DNA of 51,201 nt from a virus (taxonomy: Duplodnaviria > Caudoviricetes), in the IMG/VR virus record IMGVR_UViG_3300025138_000060, positions 1-51,201 of that record; one strand, given 5' to 3'. Within the stretch, counting starts at the first letter, position 1. Each line of letters starts with the position of its first letter. This document shows, piece after piece, positions 9,986 through 18,965 of this stretch. The notes under the pieces are model-generated. The model was given only the letters and a program-made list of their open reading frames with translations, was not told the origin of the DNA and did no database searches. The translations under genes and the position numbers were made by a program.

Positions 9986-12129
9986 TATTGTACTGGGCCT
10001 TGTGGTGGTTGCTGAGGCTGGGGTGCATTACCGCCATTGGCTCCGCCGCCGCCGCCCGTGAAACCTGCTGCGTCTGGCTCCGGTGCTTGGCCCGGTGCTA
10101 TATTGCCGCCGCCATTGCCAGTAGGATCTTGCACTGAAGGTGCGCCGTTTGGCCCTGCGCCCGGTGGTGGGGCTGGTTGTTCTGGCATAAGACTTTGTAT
10201 CTCTGCCATCATTTTTTGTTGGATAGCTGCTTCGCGTGGATCGTTCAGGATCTTATCTTCATCAAGATCCATACTGGATGCTAACTCACGTAAGATGTAG
10301 TCGTACTTAACAAACGGCTGCATAGATGGGTTAGCTGTCATCTGCATGAACTGTAGTAACCTCTGGCTACGTACCTCGTTACGCATCAGGCTTTCTGTGC
10401 CCCGTGCCTTAACGTCTAGATCCCCAATAAACTCCTTGTCGAAGTTGAACTGCATATTGAAACTAAATAAAGATCTGCCTAATGGAGCTAGCAAATAGTC
10501 ATCGATGTTACGGACAACTGCTTTAATGTTTTGTGCGGCTGCACCCATCAACATACTCATGCCAGATGCGGTACGCCCCACACCGCCAACGGCCCCAGAG
10601 CCGTGACTATAAGAAGGAATACCTGTAGCCTCATCAGCAAGCTGACGGCTCTTATCAAACATCATTAGTAGCTCTTGGCTAACATTCGGAAACTTAATTC
10701 CATTCAGGCTGCTACCGGGTACACCGCTTTGACGCCGGAACACTTTGCCGGGGTACACACTCATGTCTTGGCCCGGCACTAAGTTTGTTTCATCTATTTC
10801 TATCAATAGGTTACCGGATAGTGCGCCGTTGTCTACAGCCATACGCATAAAGCCGTTCATCAACAGTTGGGTGTCCATCATGTTCTCAGCTACACCAATA
10901 CCAAAAAAGGAATAGGGATTTAGCTCATAAGGGACTGAAAGGTACGGAATACGGGTTGGAGTGAACGGATTAAGCACTAAACGCAGTATTTGACCGTTAC
11001 AAACCCATATATTGACCTGAACTTCGTCCTGATCCTTTAATTCTTTAGGTATCTTTATATCGGCATCTTCGGCTAATTCAGCGTCTAAAACACCCCAATA
11101 TTCCATTACTTCGTAGCGTTCCATAGAAGGTGACACTGAATCATCCTCTAAAGCGTCTTCCCAGTACTCACGCACGTAGTCTGTGCCATAGTTAATGGCT
11201 AACTCGATACTTTCTTTACGGAAATGGGGCCGTTTCTTTAGGGATCTCATCTGTGTGCGGTTTAAACGATGCCGTTGGATGGTAAATTCGGCTTCATTCA
11301 TGTTTCTGGCGTCTGGGTCAGGATAGAAGTCCCAAATAGAAACATATTCCATCTTTGGTATAGTCTCAAACTTAGGCTCGTACTCACCCTCTTCATTCCA
11401 GTGGGGATATTCCTTATCCTGTGCAAATGGCCCCTTAAATACTCCAGTACCAAAGAGACAACACTCAAATGCAATTGATCGAAGGTGCTTAGGAGCATCC
11501 GTTTCGTCCAATTGGTCGTGCATCAGCTTTTCCATCTTCTGAGCGGCACGTTTTGCTGGCTCGAAGGTAATACTGCCCGGAACACCACTGGCTCCTAGCG
11601 TTAAATCCTCTTTAATTGGCTCTAGTGTCTCTTTATATAGTCCTAGTTCCTTAGCAATGTCGGGACGCACTACAGAAGTTGGTACATTGTAGTCCACATC
11701 GACTTGATCTTTAATTTTTTCGTTTGTTAATTCGTTTGGGTTAAAAGATACGGCATCAGCCACGTTACTAGGGAACTGGCGGGACTCAATGCCGATAGGA
11801 AACTTTGATCCAGCAAACAAAACGTCTACAACTTGGGCATAGGCGGCGAGTACCTTGGTCTTCGTAACTTTTATGAATGCCTTGGACTTCTCAGTGTCTG
11901 TAAATTGAACTTCTGAGGAGTATATTCCACGATAATTACGGTAAGCATCTAGCCAACGCTCTTCATCAGCATACCTAGCGTCTTTCGATCTTTTATATTG
12001 GCTGTTTACAAAGGTAACCGCCCCAGAAAAATCAGCATTTTCAGTCTCAACATCCCCATCTTCGGTGAGAGGCACTGAAATGCTTGTATCTGTAAGGTCT
12101 TCTGGTAGCGGTTTGTCCATTATTGCCAT
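9985..12129 (-). CDS. Portal protein
   Basis: 714 aa, FGTG, WDFYPDP, GIGVAE motifs, Pro/Gln-rich tail; follows TerL. Confidence 0.9.
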   Translation of the reverse strand: MAIMDKPLPEDLTDTSISVPLTEDGDVETENADFSGAVTFVNSQYKRSKDARYADEERWLDAYRNYRGIYSSEVQFTDTEKSKAFIKVTKTKVLAAYAQVVDVLFAGSKFPIGIESRQFPSNVADAVSFNPNELTNEKIKDQVDVDYNVPTSVVRPDIAKELGLYKETLEPIKEDLTLGASGVPGSITFEPAKRAAQKMEKLMHDQLDETDAPKHLRSIAFECCLFGTGVFKGPFAQDKEYPHWNEEGEYEPKFETIPKMEYVSIWDFYPDPDARNMNEAEFTIQRHRLNRTQMRSLKKRPHFRKESIELAINYGTDYVREYWEDALEDDSVSPSMERYEVMEYWGVLDAELAEDADIKIPKELKDQDEVQVNIWVCNGQILRLVLNPFTPTRIPYLSVPYELNPYSFFGIGVAENMMDTQLLMNGFMRMAVDNGALSGNLLIEIDETNLVPGQDMSVYPGKVFRRQSGVPGSSLNGIKFPNVSQELLMMFDKSRQLADEATGIPSYSHGSGAVGGVGRTASGMSMLMGAAAQNIKAVVRNIDDYLLAPLGRSLFSFNMQFNFDKEFIGDLDVKARGTESLMRNEVRSQRLLQFMQMTANPSMQPFVKYDYILRELASSMDLDEDKILNDPREAAIQQKMMAEIQSLMPEQPAPPPGAGPNGAPSVQDPTGNGGGNIAPGQAPEPDAAGFTGGGGGANGGNAPQPQQPPQGPVQ

Positions 12130-12131
12130 AT

Positions 12132-14003
12132 TTAATACCCAAATGTTGCGTCAGCGGGTCGCCAACTTTGCTGTGGAATGCCGTCACCCATATCGAAGGG
12201 AGAAAAGGCTCTTGGCCTACTCATCACTGCGTACCGAACACTGTCGTATGCGTGATCTGTTGCGTAGCGAGGGTCTATATCGTCAGATCCTTTAGGGTCG
12301 GCTGGTATAACTGGTAGATCGGCAATGATCTGGCGGCACGTATTAAAAAATTGTATGCCGGGAATACCTGTATCTTCGTCTACCTTCAGGACTTCGTGTA
12401 AGCGGTTCTTACCTGCTACCCTTGCGCCGTGGCTTCTATCGCTTGGACGCCACTTAGTGCCTTGGGAGATCATTTCTTCCGCAATACTTGGGCCTATCTG
12501 TCCTCTTACGTGCCAACAAGAACTGTCCAGTATGCCATAATCTACACGGTCACCTATTTCAGCCTGTTGTACTGCCTTAGCTAGATCCCGCCCAGTATGC
12601 TTACTGAGGTATAATTCCCTGTAATTAACTAAAGTCCCAAAGTTTGGGTCAATAGCAAACCAGTGAACAGCAGAATAAGAACTGTATCCGTAGTCACATG
12701 ACCTGAACCTGCGCCAATCAGGCGGTATGTTATAAGGTTCGATAACGTGGATAGACGATCTGAACTCAGAGAACGCCGCGCCATCTGCAACTGCCCAATC
12801 ACCTTCAAGTAGTTGTCTCCTCTGCATTTCCGGTAGAGATAGTAGGTTAGCCTCGTATTGACCGCCTTCCATCAGGTAGGGGTTGTCTTTGAGGCTAGCT
12901 GGTATGAAGCGCCTGTAAAACAGTGGCTCTCCAGCTTTCTCATGTCCTTCGGGATAGACTAAGTCTTTGCCCGTTTCTAAGTCCCTTGCCACAAACTTTG
13001 TATTTGCTGGGGCAGGGTCTACATACATCCGTTTCACCCAGCTATGCCCGACTGAACCGGGGTTTGTAGTGGCGCGAATAAAGATTGGTAGATCAGGATC
13101 GGTAGTTCTTAAACGAGACCTCATATAATCATATGCGAAACTTGTGGGGTATTGCGTCAACTCATCAAAAGCTATGTAACTAAAAGCCTGACCCTGATAT
13201 CGAAGTACGTCTTGGTCTCTTTCCAAATACGTCAGCCAGAGTTTGGCCCCGCTAGGAAATGTCCATTGAGATTTCTTTTCTCCCCACTTGGCCCCTTGAA
13301 ATGCTTTGGGGTATAATTCTTGAGATTTCCAGATTAATTCTCTTAACTCATCATTTGATCTACGAAGTATTAACCCATTGAAATTACTGTTAGAAAAGTA
13401 GCGCATTGGGTCAGCAAGTAGCCCAAATGATTTGCCACCACCGGCCGCGCCCCCATATAGTACTTCTCTTTCACTAGCTGCTAGAAACTCAGTCTGTGGA
13501 CCCGGATTGGGAGAAAAGACCACCTCCTTTTTTTGCTTTTGGCTTTCAACAACAGAAAAGTCTAAGTTAGCAGTATTTAATTCTTTATCAGGCTGTAGCT
13601 CATCTAACTTTTTCTTTGCTAAAGTAAGCCGCCTCTTAGCATCTGTCTGTCGGCGTTTAGCAGTAGCCAGCTTCTTATCTTTAGGCGTCTTAGGTTTACG
13701 CTTGCGATTGTCCTTGGCTAAGGTTTTTAGCCGTTTAGATGGATTGTCACTTTCCTTGCCTCGCAAAGCTTTCCATATATGGATAATCCCTTGATGGCTT
13801 ATTCGGTCACCCGTCTTCGAGGTCAGCCACTCAGCAGTCTTACGGCTGCTATGTCCTTCATCCAGATAGTCCAAGGCCTCTTCTACCAATAGTGCTTTGT
13901 CTTCGTCAGCTACTAATACAAGTGGATCTTTGTCCGAAGCCTTGTATGCGTATGGTATTTTAGCAGTCTTGTTGGGTCTGGTTTTATCTAACCAAATGCT
14001 CAA
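12132..14003 (-). CDS. terL: Terminase large subunit with N-terminal HTH-like/basic extension
   Basis: Walker A YGGAAGGGKS, Walker B IAFDELTQ, ATTNPG, nuclease DYG and DHAYDSVRY. Confidence 0.92.
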   Translation of the reverse strand: MSIWLDKTRPNKTAKIPYAYKASDKDPLVLVADEDKALLVEEALDYLDEGHSSRKTAEWLTSKTGDRISHQGIIHIWKALRGKESDNPSKRLKTLAKDNRKRKPKTPKDKKLATAKRRQTDAKRRLTLAKKKLDELQPDKELNTANLDFSVVESQKQKKEVVFSPNPGPQTEFLAASEREVLYGGAAGGGKSFGLLADPMRYFSNSNFNGLILRRSNDELRELIWKSQELYPKAFQGAKWGEKKSQWTFPSGAKLWLTYLERDQDVLRYQGQAFSYIAFDELTQYPTSFAYDYMRSRLRTTDPDLPIFIRATTNPGSVGHSWVKRMYVDPAPANTKFVARDLETGKDLVYPEGHEKAGEPLFYRRFIPASLKDNPYLMEGGQYEANLLSLPEMQRRQLLEGDWAVADGAAFSEFRSSIHVIEPYNIPPDWRRFRSCDYGYSSYSAVHWFAIDPNFGTLVNYRELYLSKHTGRDLAKAVQQAEIGDRVDYGILDSSCWHVRGQIGPSIAEEMISQGTKWRPSDRSHGARVAGKNRLHEVLKVDEDTGIPGIQFFNTCRQIIADLPVIPADPKGSDDIDPRYATDHAYDSVRYAVMSRPRAFSPFDMGDGIPQQSWRPADATFGY

Positions 14004-14374
14004 TCGTCACTTTTCGGTGGCAATATAAACATTGCCCCGCCTGTATTTTTAACTTCGACTTGTTCTTTTTTAACGAGGCCTGTTCGATCTAATATCTGAG
14101 CCGCCGCTGCTATAGAGTTTCTAGCACCCATTGCACCGGGATCTTCCAATACATCGACCATACCCCAAGCTGCGCGAGGGGCATTCATAGCCAACATTGT
14201 GGCGGCTCTTTCATTTATTTCATCTTTAAGGGCAGTCACAACAACCGTACTGGATGTATTCTCAGCATAACCAGCTAAGTTCATAGCTTTCTTAATATTA
14301 CCCTTGCACTCTTCTGACATAAGGGCTTCGAGAAACATCAACTGTTTATCTGTGTACTGTTTTTCTTCTGCCAT
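14000..14374 (-). CDS. Terminase small subunit
   Basis: TDKQ..F, AMNLAGY, ILDRTG, FILPPK; immediately upstream of TerL. Confidence 0.7.
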   Translation of the reverse strand: MAEEKQYTDKQLMFLEALMSEECKGNIKKAMNLAGYAENTSSTVVVTALKDEINERAATMLAMNAPRAAWGMVDVLEDPGAMGARNSIAAAAQILDRTGLVKKEQVEVKNTGGAMFILPPKSDD

Positions 14375-14375
14375 A

Positions 14376-14645
14376 TTATCCTCTAAAGTAGATAAAGACT
14401 GAGGCTATGGCGGCGGTAATAACTATCCACCATATCCTCTCCATAAAGCGCAAGGTATGACCTCTCGCATTAAAATCGGTTGTAAGCTGTCGAACTCTGT
14501 CCCACATCAACTTTTGCTCATCGTCATAATGATCCATCCTCTTAAACAGAGTGATCATTCGTTCTTCCATACGAGCTAACGTAACTACTGCGGTAGACAG
14601 TTTATCCAGCTTATCCTCAATTCGCGTGAGGCGCACATCGGTCAT
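14376..14645 (-). CDS. Coiled-coil protein with C-terminal TM (XhlA/holin-like)
   Basis: RLTRIEDKLDKL...LARMEER plus hydrophobic C-terminus. Confidence 0.55.
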   Translation of the reverse strand: MTDVRLTRIEDKLDKLSTAVVTLARMEERMITLFKRMDHYDDEQKLMWDRVRQLTTDFNARGHTLRFMERIWWIVITAAIASVFIYFRG

Positions 14646-14815
14646 CCGACTTTAGCTTTCTTAGATTTTTTGTCTTTAGCCTGAGCAAGTTTATGAGCAG
14701 CACTGAAAGATTTACCTGCAACCATAGCGGTCCTCATACTTTTCATATGCTGCGCCGTATGATGCTTTTTATGTTCTTTCATTTTAGCTTCTTGAGCCGG
14801 GGTTAGTTTACTCAT
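14642..14815 (-). CDS. Small Lys/His-rich protein (57 aa, not in ORF track)
   Basis: MSKLTPAQEAKMKEHKKHH...; ATGA overlaps at both ends. Confidence 0.75.
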   Translation of the reverse strand: MSKLTPAQEAKMKEHKKHHTAQHMKSMRTAMVAGKSFSAAHKLAQAKDKKSKKAKVG

Positions 14816-14970
14816 GCCTTTTGAGCTTTTTTCTTTTTGGCTTTATTTTTTTTAGAATTAGGAAAGCCAGCTTTCATATCGGCATAAGCTTTAGGGCTTA
14901 TTGTAGACTTTTTTTTAGTACTGCTTGTACCAGCTTTTCTTTTTTTATTAATGTTTTCATATAAAGACAT
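14812..14970 (-). CDS. Small Lys-rich protein (52 aa, not in ORF track)
   Basis: MSLYENINKKRKAG...; coupled overlaps with both neighbours. Confidence 0.75.
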   Translation of the reverse strand: MSLYENINKKRKAGTSSTKKKSTISPKAYADMKAGFPNSKKNKAKKKKAQKA

Positions 14971-15128
14971 TATTTCTTTTTCTTTCCAGCCATTCCGCCA
15001 TGAGCCATTTTTTTCTTGGCAGCCATTCCGCCTTTCATGTAGCCAGTTTTTTTAGCAGCCATTCCACCCTTCATGTAGCCGGATGTTTTAGCCATTTTCT
15101 TGCCGTCTTTTTTCATCATGTTAGGCAT
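14970..15128 (-). CDS. Small Lys-rich protein with three xxxGGMA repeats (52 aa, not in ORF track)
   Basis: MPNMMKKDGKKMAKTSGYMKGGMAAKKTGYMKGGMAAKKKMAHGGMAGKKKK; AAGGA RBS. Confidence 0.8.
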   Translation of the reverse strand: MPNMMKKDGKKMAKTSGYMKGGMAAKKTGYMKGGMAAKKKMAHGGMAGKKKK

Positions 15129-15138
15129 ATTTATTCCT

Positions 15139-15405
15139 TTACCAATTTTTACAGGACCAATAACGGGCTGTTAGTTTTGAAGTTGCAGTGTCGCACTTAT
15201 GCCTTGCTCTAAAGGACTTACGTGCTGCGGGGTTATCCCGGCGAATTTCCATATTTTTATCGCCAAAGGTAATATACTTAACGCTGTCTCCCTCGACTGC
15301 TAGCACCTCAAACTTCTTGGGGCCGCCTCTGCGAGGTTTGTTTACTGCTTTAAAACCATGACGTTTTTTACCAGCAGCAATTTTCTCAGACTTGGTTTGC
15401 GCCAT
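15139..15405 (-). CDS. Basic phage protein
   Basis: FGD...RKSFRARHKC...ARYWSCKNW pattern. Confidence 0.7.
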   Translation of the reverse strand: MAQTKSEKIAAGKKRHGFKAVNKPRRGGPKKFEVLAVEGDSVKYITFGDKNMEIRRDNPAARKSFRARHKCDTATSKLTARYWSCKNW

Positions 15406-15419
15406 GTAAATCTTCTTTA

Positions 15420-15872
15420 TTATTGATAAATATAAACGAGGTATATTGAAGCTACGAGTGCGGCTACAAAAAATAAGCTTCCGCCTATTATCATAATCAT
15501 CTCTTGCAATTCTTCGCGTTCTTTTTTTCTACGTATCTCAGCTTCACGCCGTGCTTTTCTAGCTTGCGCTTGATATTCAATAAACGAGTCCCACATTCCC
15601 GGCCTCGCATATAATCTGCAATGAGATTCCAAAATTCTTCTTTGTTCTTTCATTTTATCTAATGCTAAAAAGGATTCAAAATCATTTGTGTCTTTGCCCA
15701 TCATCTTATTAAAGACAGACTTTTTATCGTTGTCGGCTTTGTTCTTCAGGGTTTCTTCTGCCCCTATCCAATCGCCTATTTGTTTTCCTACTTGGGCTAA
15801 GTCTTTCCCATTGCCAATTGCGGATTTGATTACCCCAAACGCCGCATTAGCCATAGCTAATTCTGCAAGCAT
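15420..15872 (-). CDS. Hypothetical membrane-anchored protein
   Basis: 150 aa, coiled coil plus C-terminal TM. Confidence 0.65.
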   Translation of the reverse strand: MLAELAMANAAFGVIKSAIGNGKDLAQVGKQIGDWIGAEETLKNKADNDKKSVFNKMMGKDTNDFESFLALDKMKEQRRILESHCRLYARPGMWDSFIEYQAQARKARREAEIRRKKEREELQEMIMIIGGSLFFVAALVASIYLVYIYQ

Positions 15873-15902
15873 TTCTCCCCCCCGAAAGATAAGCTATAAA
15901 TT

Positions 15903-16097
15903 TTAAGTAGCTTGTCCGACCTTAAAACACTTAGCTCTCGCCACGGCCTTAATGCCTTTTGCTATCACCATCATTTCTTGTGAAACTACTTTTTGGCATT
16001 CCCGTTCAGTATTAAACAGGCCGCCTGTTCTAGCAGACATATTACAACTAAATACATCGTAAGGTTGGTAGCAGAAGAGGATAACTCCTAGAAACAT
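15903..16097 (-). CDS. Small Cys-containing hypothetical protein
   Basis: 64 aa, hydrophobic N-terminus, 4 Cys. Confidence 0.55.
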   Translation of the reverse strand: MFLGVILFCYQPYDVFSCNMSARTGGLFNTERECQKVVSQEMMVIAKGIKAVARAKCFKVGQAT

Positions 16098-16106
16098 TTC
16101 TATGTT

Positions 16107-16367
16107 TTAATTTTCTTCATTATCAAAATCTTCTTCGATTAATTCAGGAATAAATCTTTTAGGATTAACTGGTATTTCTACAGAACAATCTTCTGTATGG
16201 AAGTATCGACCGTAACCATCAAATTCGTGTGCTAAAGGATTAGCTTCAATCTCTTTAGAAGAGATCAGCCCTTCTTCGAGCAACAATCTTTTTATATGAT
16301 TAAACTCTAATACTCGACCTGTGCGCTCTTGAATAGCAGCGCGTATATAATATAAATTAAAAGACAA
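16107..16367 (-). CDS. Hypothetical protein
   Basis: 86 aa, TTG start downstream of a promoter. Confidence 0.6.
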   Translation of the reverse strand: MSFNLYYIRAAIQERTGRVLEFNHIKRLLLEEGLISSKEIEANPLAHEFDGYGRYFHTEDCSVEIPVNPKRFIPELIEEDFDNEEN

Positions 16368-16383
16368 TTTAACTTACCCCTTC

Positions 16384-16413
16384 ATTGTACCACTTTATAA
16401 TGATGTTGGTCAA
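16384..16413 (-). promoter_or_regulatory. sigma70-type promoter for packaging operon
   Basis: TTGACC-18 bp-TACAAT, extended TG. Confidence 0.65.
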
Positions 16414-16446
16414 GCTATTAATTAATACACTAATTAAGTAAATAGA

Positions 16447-16475
16447 TTGACAAAAGGCTAATCTGGCGGTATAAT
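16447..16475 (+). promoter_or_regulatory. Perfect consensus sigma70 promoter with no downstream plus-strand ORF
   Basis: TTGACA-17 bp-TATAAT. Confidence 0.8.
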
Positions 16476-16573
16476 GAATTGTCGGTTGAGCGGTATACTA
16501 TAGTAGTAGGCTCTAAGTCACCCTAGTAGGGGACTGTAGTAGTTTACTTTAAGCAGTCAGCCCCGAACCCCTA

Positions 16574-16714
16574 TCAATCTTCTAATACTCTTCTAATATC
16601 GCCTCGACTAATACCAATGTCGTTTAGGTGTTTGTCACTCATGTTATGTAGCTGCCAATAGGCTACTCGTTGCATTTGATGTTTCTGTATGCGTTTGATT
16701 AAATTTCTAAACAT
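16574..16714 (-). CDS. DUF1127 (YjiS-like) small protein, 46 aa (not in ORF track)
   Basis: MFRNLIKRIQKHQMQRVAYWQLHNMSDKHLNDIGISRGDIRRVLED matches L..(M/L)SD..L.DIG..R.DI; AAGGA RBS; upstream TGGTATAAT. Confidence 0.85.
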   Translation of the reverse strand: MFRNLIKRIQKHQMQRVAYWQLHNMSDKHLNDIGISRGDIRRVLED

Positions 16715-16792
16715 AATAATATCCTTAGCTATGTGTGGTATCATTATACCAACTAAGGGGTTTGTTTAGTAGATTGAGATTAGGAATACCCG

Positions 16793-17218
16793 TTATGATT
16801 TCAGGTAATCAATAGCTCGTTCAAGACTGTCTACTCGATCTTTAAACAGCCCCAACGCCCGATTGCAGTTATGGCATAACCACCCTCGAAACTCATCTGA
16901 AGTATGGCAATGATCTAATACCCAAGGCCCAGCCTTTAGACCACCATGACCAGCTACTGCATCACCAGATTTTAGGCATATAGGACAGCAATGATCTTCT
17001 GAGGCTGCATCTACTTTAGCTCTCAGGTCATTACGAACTTTGTTAGCTGCCGAAATACAAGAATTGCATGACGTTCTAAGATAATTATTATTAGCAATGG
17101 AGTAGCATGATAATGCTTTGTCTACACCACACTTGATGCAAACTTTAGACTCCACATCTTCAGGAGCCGTATCATCCCATCCGAATAGATTATCTTGAGG
17201 GCACATAGTCAGCGTCAA
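16793..17218 (-). CDS. Recombination endonuclease VII-family (HNH-like) nuclease
   Basis: CPIC...LDHCH....RGWLCHNCNRALG. Confidence 0.85.
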   Translation of the reverse strand: MTLTMCPQDNLFGWDDTAPEDVESKVCIKCGVDKALSCYSIANNNYLRTSCNSCISAANKVRNDLRAKVDAASEDHCCPICLKSGDAVAGHGGLKAGPWVLDHCHTSDEFRGWLCHNCNRALGLFKDRVDSLERAIDYLKS

Positions 17219-17522
17219 AAAGATCGGCTACATTATTTGCACTATCTTCTTTCGTCTGAGCTAAGTCTCGAAGCCTTTCAGCTTCCTTGGCAAGTTCATT
17301 CGCTATGCCGTATATTTCGTGATAATCACTTTCATAATCATCTATTATAAAATCAATAATTTCATAGAACGGCTTTTGTACCGTTAATTCTTCAAACTCA
17401 CCTATCGATAGCGAAGTATTTACATACAATGTACCAGAATCCGACATCACAAAGTCGTGGTCTAAAAATAAGGGTATGCCTTCATCGAATAAAGTAAGGT
17501 CTTGACCTAGATCTTCTGTCAT
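17190..17522 (-). CDS. Acidic hypothetical protein
   Basis: 110 aa, strongly Asp/Glu-rich. Confidence 0.65.
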   Translation of the reverse strand: MTEDLGQDLTLFDEGIPLFLDHDFVMSDSGTLYVNTSLSIGEFEELTVQKPFYEIIDFIIDDYESDYHEIYGIANELAKEAERLRDLAQTKEDSANNVADLFDADYVPSR

Positions 17523-17599
17523 TAAGTATCCAACTATAACAATTAGTGGATTGGTCTACTTACATATATACTAACCCCATAGCTAATGCAATAGTTAAA

Positions 17600-18240
17600 T
17601 ACTTTACAGAGTAGTTTATTAATACACAACCACAATATATAGACACTTTACATATACCCAGCCCCAACTTCCCGCTGAGGCCATTTACAAATGCCAAATT
17701 CTAAAAATATGCCGGGGCTGTATACGACTGTGGGGGGGTGGGGGGTGGCAGATGCCCCCGGTATGCAGCGCGATCTTAAAAAAATTATGGATATAGTTAA
17801 GTCATTGTTTTTATTACGTAATTAGATGACCTGCTACTGTTATGTTATCAGGCGCAGCCCTACTATCTGTATATAAAACAATGCTTTAACCGCAGCCGAA
17901 TAAAACAAAACGTGGCAGAACCTGCCAATAAAGCTTGCGTAAATAAACAGCAGCCGAAAATTAGAGTAAATTTTATAACGCGCCTAAAATCAGGGCTGAC
18001 GTTTTGAGATAGGGGGCGCGGAAGGCGAGGCTGTATACCACCAGCCTCGAACGTGGCACTGAGCGGCCTTTTCTGAGCCTCTCACGCCCCATTGTACCAA
18101 TTAGCTAGATGCTCTGAGAGGCGATATAAGAGCCACTGAGTAGGTGTAACAGTTCTGGGTATAAATATGCATTAGAGCAGTTTGGGCATTGTACGGCCTT
18201 CTCCGGCGCTCTCACGATGTACTGCATTTTGCTATTCAGA
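17600..18240. other. Non-coding region, candidate physical genome end / packaging region
   Basis: No credible ORF, G-tract at 17732-17748, short dispersed repeats, lies between early genes and late operon. Confidence 0.4.
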
Positions 18241-18243
18241 CAC

Positions 18244-18272
18244 AAAAAAACCCCACCGATCAGGGCAGGGTT
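18244..18272 (-). terminator. Intrinsic terminator ending early operon
   Basis: AACCCTGCC/GGTGGGGTT stem running into T7. Confidence 0.75.
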
Positions 18273-18299
18273 CTTTAAGTATCGATGCTCGATGTTGGG

Positions 18300-18584
18300 T
18301 TATTCGTAATCGAGTTCTTCCAGATAATTATCGGCTGCTGAAACACCAAGGTCGTTTTCACGATGCCAACGTGCTTCCGAAAACTTATTGGGATAGATGG
18401 CTGGGCCTGAGTAGATCCGGCGATACTGACGGCCCATGATTGCGTGATTTAATTCCTGAACCATCACGTCATAACCTTCGCGCTGCTTTGACTTTGCCAA
18501 GTCAATTGCCGCCTCTTTAGACAAATAGGGTTCAGTCATAAATTCGCCATTGTCCTCATTTGATCCGCTCACAATATACTGCAT
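18300..18584 (-). CDS. Hypothetical early protein
   Basis: 94 aa, coupled to upstream gene. Confidence 0.65.
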   Translation of the reverse strand: MQYIVSGSNEDNGEFMTEPYLSKEAAIDLAKSKQREGYDVMVQELNHAIMGRQYRRIYSGPAIYPNKFSEARWHRENDLGVSAADNYLEELDYE

Positions 18585-18871
18585 TATTTTATCCCTTCGA
18601 TGTCGTGAGAACGTAACCGGATGGTTAACTCGTTTTCAATATACAATTTCTGCAACCTCATGGTCTCGATCTCATCCGCCTCGAATGCCGAAGACCAACC
18701 ACTATCAGCCAGCATTCGATTAACAGCTGAGTAGGCTGCCAGTAAATTTGGGCTGCTTTCATTACCGACTGCGTCCTTAATTTTAATATCAGGATCACCG
18801 ATATAAATGTCAGCCAGTTTCACCTCGCTGTTTTTCCAATTTTGGTTTTGAATATTCATTATAAAATCCAC
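18584..18871 (-). CDS. Hypothetical early protein
   Basis: 95 aa ORF; start uncertain. Confidence 0.6.
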   Translation of the reverse strand: MDFIMNIQNQNWKNSEVKLADIYIGDPDIKIKDAVGNESSPNLLAAYSAVNRMLADSGWSSAFEADEIETMRLQKLYIENELTIRLRSHDIEGIK

Positions 18872-18965
18872 TTCAGAGAAATATTTATTACGTTAAGTAT
18901 TATTAAAAATACGACAAAATATTGGACGGCCTTTGTAAGCCGTCCAAATGTTTTAATGGGATCGA

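Noticed and set aside
14985-15080. CRISPR-like short direct repeats
   Set aside because: They are codon-level repeats of the GGMA peptide; no spacers or cas genes
6045-16437. CtrA boxes at promoters
   Set aside because: TTAA pairs at 6045 and 16422 are spaced by 8 nt, not the canonical 7
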